From assembly GCA_937868685.1 (NCBI GenBank), contig CALMMZ010000232.1:1-54085 (forward strand): a stretch of DNA of 54,085 nt. The letters are read 5' to 3'. A model generated the notes under the pieces. That model was not told where the DNA came from. It saw nothing but the letters and a program-made list of their open reading frames with translations, and ran no database searches. This document shows, in pieces, positions 49,899 to 54,085 of the stretch (positions are counted from its first letter, which is position 1; every line of letters starts with the position of its first letter). Position numbers and translations under genes: made by a program. The stretch comes from an uncultured bacterium (lineage in GTDB: Bacteria > Patescibacteriota > Minisyncoccia > Phycocordibacterales > UBA1006).

Positions 49899-51258
49899 AC
49901 ACATTATCATTAAGTCGTTATTGGGAAATGAAAACTATACAAGAAAGGTCCTGCCATTCCTAAAAGAAGAATACTTCCAAAATGACTCAGATAAGGTTCT
50001 CTTTGATGTTGTCCAGAAATTCATAACAGCATATAATGTTTCACCAAGTGTTGATGAAATCTCAGTCGAATTGGGTAAGAAACCTGGATTGTACCAGGAT
50101 ACCCTAGACAATGCAATCAAGACACTTGAGAACATTAAGGCAAACACTGACAAGAATCATATTGATTGGTTGACCAAATCGACAGAGGAATTCTGTCAAG
50201 AGAAGGCAATCTATAATGCGATTATGAATTCAATCGAAATTCTAAACAACAAAAGTAAGTTGACCAAGGGTGCGATCCCTGGTCTTCTTTCGGATGCATT
50301 GTCAGTCTCATTTGATCCTAATGTTGGACACGATTATCTGGAGCAGTCAGATTCGCGATTTGATTACTACCATAGAGTGGAAGAGAAACTTCCTTTCGAT
50401 CTTGAGTTTCTGAACAATATCACCAAAGGTGGTATTCCAAATAAGACACTCAACATTATCATGGGTGGTGTTCATTCTGGTAAGTCTTTGTTTCTTTGCC
50501 ACTTTGCATCCGCATACCTAAATCAGGGCAAGAATGTCCTGTATATCTCATTGGAAATGTCAGAGGAAGAAATTGCAAAGAGAATCGACGCAAACCTTCT
50601 AAATATCTCATTTGATGACCTTATGGTTTTACCAAAGGCATTGTATGATGACAAGGTATCAAAGTTAAAGCAGAAAACAAACGGCAAGTTGATCATCAAG
50701 GAATATCCTTCAACGTCCGCCTCGGTACTTCATTTCAAGGCATTGTTGAATGAATTGTCATTGAAGAAAGACTTTGTTCCAGATGTTATCCTCATTGACT
50801 ATTTGAACATTTGTGCATCATCCAGAATTAAGGCATCCTCAGCAAATGACACATATACCTATGTCAAGTCTATTGCGGAAGAAGTCAGAGGTCTTGCGCA
50901 GGAGTTTGGAATTCCCATCTGGTCAGCAACACAGTTGACCAGAACAGGTTATTCAAGTTCCGATCCAGATATGACAGACGTTGCTGAATCATTTGGTTTG
51001 CCAGCGACATGTGACTTATTGTTGGTTCTAATTGTCAGTGAACAGATGAAGCAGATGAACCAAATTATGATTAAGCAGTTAAAAAATAGATATGATGATA
51101 TGAACAGAGTTCCCAGAGGTGTTGTCGGTGTTGATAAGACCAAGATGAAACTCTTTGACTTGTTACAAACCGCACAGAAAAATGTGGTTCATTCAGGAGC
51201 TTCCAAATCATCTAGTCAAAGTCCACAGGTGAACAAATTTAAAGCATTGAAGGTGTGA
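49888..51258 (+). CDS. gp41: replicative DNA helicase gp41 (DnaB-like)
   Basis: GTG start. Walker A GGVHSGKSLF, Walker B ILIDYLN, SLEMSEEEIAKR and IWSATQLTR. Confidence 0.9.
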   Translation: MQIEHIIIKSLLGNENYTRKVLPFLKEEYFQNDSDKVLFDVVQKFITAYNVSPSVDEISVELGKKPGLYQDTLDNAIKTLENIKANTDKNHIDWLTKSTEEFCQEKAIYNAIMNSIEILNNKSKLTKGAIPGLLSDALSVSFDPNVGHDYLEQSDSRFDYYHRVEEKLPFDLEFLNNITKGGIPNKTLNIIMGGVHSGKSLFLCHFASAYLNQGKNVLYISLEMSEEEIAKRIDANLLNISFDDLMVLPKALYDDKVSKLKQKTNGKLIIKEYPSTSASVLHFKALLNELSLKKDFVPDVILIDYLNICASSRIKASSANDTYTYVKSIAEEVRGLAQEFGIPIWSATQLTRTGYSSSDPDMTDVAESFGLPATCDLLLVLIVSEQMKQMNQIMIKQLKNRYDDMNRVPRGVVGVDKTKMKLFDLLQTAQKNVVHSGASKSSSQSPQVNKFKALKV

Positions 51259-51259
51259 T

Positions 51260-51784
51260 ATGGAAGATAAATTTGACAAGTATATTCTACAACAGAAATT
51301 AATGGAAGTGATAGAAAATTCGACCTCTGTCCAAGAAATGGCAAACTGGTGTGCAAGGTTCTCGAAGAAGTATAAAGGTGTTATTCAAGAAACACCTCAG
51401 CCACCTAAAGAAGCAAAGGCGTCGCAATGGAAAGACTTACCTATAGGGACTGGTCAAACATATACAAACAGTCAAGATTCATTAATGGGGCAAATAACTA
51501 TTACACCAAATACAATCCCACATTCATATTATTATTATGGTAAGAAAATATATGCATACTTAGATTATTCATCAAGTATGTTGTCAGACGATGTAGCTAG
51601 AGATTATACAATGAACTTTGCCAAAGTTGAATTGTTGGATAAATTCAAAAACGATATGTTATCAAAAGGTGTTTTTAAATTTGATTGTAAATCAGAAAAA
51701 CAATTTGTCACCTTTGACACAAAGCATAGAGTCTTTATGACAATAGAGTTGGATACACTAATTAAAGAGGTTCTCAATGCATAA
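51260..51784 (+). CDS. hypothetical protein
   Basis: 174-aa ORF starting 2 nt after the gp41 stop. Confidence 0.6.
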   Translation: MEDKFDKYILQQKLMEVIENSTSVQEMANWCARFSKKYKGVIQETPQPPKEAKASQWKDLPIGTGQTYTNSQDSLMGQITITPNTIPHSYYYYGKKIYAYLDYSSSMLSDDVARDYTMNFAKVELLDKFKNDMLSKGVFKFDCKSEKQFVTFDTKHRVFMTIELDTLIKEVLNA

Positions 51785-52022
51785 GTACACGGTTCATCCA
51801 ATACAAAATGACAATGACATTTTCTTTTGTGTCTATGAGGAAGCAACAGAACAAGCAATTGACTTCTTTTTCTTCCAGGAAGATGCGGAAGCATGTAAAA
51901 CTTTCCTAGAAAATGGTGGTGCTTTCCACGGGTTTACTCCTAGGTTTATGCTATTGTCAGTAAAGAGACAAATAGAGAAAAAGAGTGTGGATGAAGCATT
52001 CAAAGAGGTATTTTCGGAATAA
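51777..52022 (+). CDS. hypothetical protein
   Basis: 81-aa ORF overlapping the upstream stop. Confidence 0.5.
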   Translation: MHKYTVHPIQNDNDIFFCVYEEATEQAIDFFFFQEDAEACKTFLENGGAFHGFTPRFMLLSVKRQIEKKSVDEAFKEVFSE

Positions 52023-52030
52023 ATTCCTAC

Positions 52031-52058
52031 TTGACTTTCGTTCCAGATGTGATATAAT
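52031..52058 (+). promoter_or_regulatory. sigma70-type (early) promoter with extended -10
   Basis: TTGACT-N16-TATAAT with TGa immediately upstream of the -10. 39 nt before the ATG at 52097. Confidence 0.65.
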
Positions 52059-52096
52059 ACTAAAATTAGGAAATCATACAATAGGAAGACATTATC

Positions 52097-52387
52097 ATGG
52101 CAATGACAGTGGAAGAAATGGTTGAGTGGTATAAAAATAATAGTGATTGGAGCAATAAAGAGAAATATAAATCTAAGATTGCTTCCGATCTTGAACTATT
52201 GACTGCTTTAAATCCTTTCCTTGAAAAAGGTTATAGTCTGATTGCTGCGGCAGAACATGACGTGGTTTATTTTGGTGTTCTACTGGAAGCATTGGCAAAA
52301 GCAGACGATGAACTGATAAAAGACATATTATCGTATTCCGGTGTTTTCATCGAGGAAGGCACTGATAGTTTGGGGATGTTTGTCTAA
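52097..52387 (+). CDS. hypothetical protein
   Basis: 96-aa ORF downstream of the promoter. Confidence 0.55.
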   Translation: MAMTVEEMVEWYKNNSDWSNKEKYKSKIASDLELLTALNPFLEKGYSLIAAAEHDVVYFGVLLEALAKADDELIKDILSYSGVFIEEGTDSLGMFV

Positions 52388-52397
52388 AGGAAATACA

Positions 52398-52856
52398 GTG
52401 AATACTATACCGACGGTGCCGGCACCTCAATATTCCGGAAAAACTATACAGGAAACCTATCTTAATATTCTAGCAGAAATCGCAACAAAGCATCTATCGC
52501 CAACCAGTGGTAAAGCACGGGTTGCAGCATCTATTGTCTATAAGAATAACCTTGTTTCTTGCTGCATGAATGAGAAAAAGACCCATCCATTTCAGGCAAA
52601 GTATAAGAGCAATGACCATTCTATTTGGTTGCACGCTGAAACGAATGCAATCAAGACTGCATTGAAAGTCCTTACTTTGGATGAATTGTCGAAATCAACC
52701 CTATATATTACTAGGATCAAGTATGTTGATGCAAAGAGAACTGGTCTGGAGTTTGGTAACTCAAAACCATGTGAAGGATGCTTTCGTTGCATAAATACGT
52801 TTCAAATTAGGAAAGTAATTTATTCTATCGATAGTAATGATTATGGTGAATTGTAA
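52398..52856 (+). CDS. cd: deoxycytidylate (dCMP) deaminase-like zinc deaminase
   Basis: HAETNAI and PCEGCFRC zinc-binding motifs. The GTG at 52398 follows AAGGAAA. The longer ATG start (52341) would overlap the upstream gene. Confidence 0.75.
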   Translation: MNTIPTVPAPQYSGKTIQETYLNILAEIATKHLSPTSGKARVAASIVYKNNLVSCCMNEKKTHPFQAKYKSNDHSIWLHAETNAIKTALKVLTLDELSKSTLYITRIKYVDAKRTGLEFGNSKPCEGCFRCINTFQIRKVIYSIDSNDYGEL

Positions 52857-52867
52857 AGGAGAACAAA

Positions 52868-53044
52868 ATGTCTGAGCAATGGATAGTAGAAGAAGTTGAC
52901 CACAAGACAGGTAATAAACTATACTCAAGAGAATTCAATTCTCGCGACGAAGCAATGGAAATCTATGAATCTCTCAAGGAAGAGAACCCAAAGAACTTTG
53001 TAAACTGTTTTAAGTCTTCAAAGAAGCTTCTCCTGGAGGGGTAA
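52868..53044 (+). CDS. hypothetical 58-aa protein
   Basis: ORF below the track cutoff. AAGGAGAA SD. Its TAA overlaps the next ATG (TAATG). Confidence 0.5.
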   Translation: MSEQWIVEEVDHKTGNKLYSREFNSRDEAMEIYESLKEENPKNFVNCFKSSKKLLLEG

Positions 53045-53694
53045 TGCGAAATTTCCTAGTATATGTTGTGGCAATTCTGCTTGCGAATCACAGTGCAATT
53101 GCCCTCCAACCGCAAGATACTTGCACAAATGATGCAATGATCGTAATGGATGCATCTGGATCAATGTCTCAATTGTTCAAGGGTGGCAATTCAAAGATCG
53201 AAGCAGCAAGACTAGCAGCACATGAAGTAGTCCCAATTTCTTCACAACACCGAAGATTGGGACTACTTACTTTAGGTCCAGGAAGAAAAGAACAATGTTC
53301 AAATGTTGATATGGTCGTTCCTGTTCAACTAAATGCATCGAAATCTATTCTTTCGGTGATCGATAATATCAAGACTGATGGTGGAACACCACTATCAACT
53401 GCCCTTGAAAAGGCAGCAGAAGCATTAGACTATGAGCATAAGAAAGCAACAATTGTTGTGCTCACTGATGGTGATGATACTTGTGGAAGAGATACATGCA
53501 AGACAGCAAAGGACCTAAAGGCTAAGTCTTCCGATCTGACAATCCACGTTATTGGGTTGGAAGGTGGTTTTGATGAATTGAAAAATGCTTCATGCATTGC
53601 AGACGAAACTGGTGGGGTATTCGTTGACACAACCACATATCAAGGACTCAAGGATGCATTGAATATAATGTTAGTGTGTCCCAGCATTTCATAG
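53044..53694 (+). CDS. secreted von Willebrand factor A domain protein
   Basis: Signal peptide MRNFLVYVVAILLANHSAIA. MIDAS motif VMDASGSMS, then TDGGTPLSTAL and VVLTDGDDTCG. Confidence 0.8.
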   Translation: MRNFLVYVVAILLANHSAIALQPQDTCTNDAMIVMDASGSMSQLFKGGNSKIEAARLAAHEVVPISSQHRRLGLLTLGPGRKEQCSNVDMVVPVQLNASKSILSVIDNIKTDGGTPLSTALEKAAEALDYEHKKATIVVLTDGDDTCGRDTCKTAKDLKAKSSDLTIHVIGLEGGFDELKNASCIADETGGVFVDTTTYQGLKDALNIMLVCPSIS

Positions 53695-53702
53695 GGGAAA
53701 GA

Positions 53703-54085
53703 ATGAGAGCAACTATTTTTGCACTGATATTATCTATCACTACACCAGCATATGGTAATCCATATGACTGGCCAGTCAAAAGAGTAATCGATGGTGACAC
53801 AGTAGAAGTCTTAGTTGACTTTCTACCTCAACCATTGAAACCTGTTCTCAGCGTCAGAATCCTAGGTGTGGATACTCCCGAAAAAGGACCACGAGCAAAA
53901 TGTCATTTGGAAGAAAGTCTCTCATTGAGAGCAAAGTTGTTCACTACACAGGAAATCTCCCATGCAAAGAAGGTCCAAATACTAGTTAAGAGTTGGGACA
54001 AGTACGGTGGTAGAATTCTTGGTGATGTTATTATCGATGGGAAACCACTCAGTAAAGAATTGATCAAGAACGGATATGCAAAACC
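53703..54085 (+). CDS. secreted staphylococcal-nuclease-like thermonuclease (3' partial at window end)
   Basis: Signal peptide MRATIFALILSITTPAYG. VIDGDTVEV, RILGVDTPE and DKYGGRILGDV are SNase motifs. The ORF runs off the window. Confidence 0.75.
   Translation, partial: MRATIFALILSITTPAYGNPYDWPVKRVIDGDTVEVLVDFLPQPLKPVLSVRILGVDTPEKGPRAKCHLEESLSLRAKLFTTQEISHAKKVQILVKSWDKYGGRILGDVIIDGKPLSKELIKNGYAK

Overview
This window is a contiguous piece of a T4-like myovirus genome, closest in layout to marine cyanomyophages or pelagimyophages. It is AT-rich and densely coding, and every convincing gene lies on the + strand. The core gene order is the one typical of that group: prohead protease gp21, scaffold gp22, major capsid gp23, gp3, UvsY, UvsW, gp55, gp47, gp46, then gp45, gp44, gp62, RegA, then gp43, UvsX and gp41. 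Nearly every conserved junction is interrupted by accessory DNA. A GIY-YIG endonuclease sits between gp22 and gp23. A SAM decarboxylase sits between gp47 and gp46. A 2.3-kb insertion with an HNH endonuclease splits gp44 from gp62. About 16.5 kb separates regA from gp43; it carries dut, hsp20, an endolysin and a roughly 13-kb sugar-nucleotide, glycosyltransferase and methyltransferase island. The most unusual observations are these: (1) a GIY-YIG homing endonuclease and a decayed sibling, each inserted at the GxxGxxG-coding 5' end of a different SDR sugar-nucleotide gene, each leaving an orphan start stub; (2) a catalytically dead paralog of the prohead protease; (3) a DUF4419-like protein whose C-terminus copies a conserved major-capsid segment; (4) a GDP-mannose 3,5-epimerase next to a GT10 transferase; (5) a 'CobT' that carries an HExxH motif plus a VWA domain next to a MoxR-like 'CobS'. 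I found no tRNA, rRNA or CRISPR. All family assignments come from motif and sequence recognition by eye, not from database searches.
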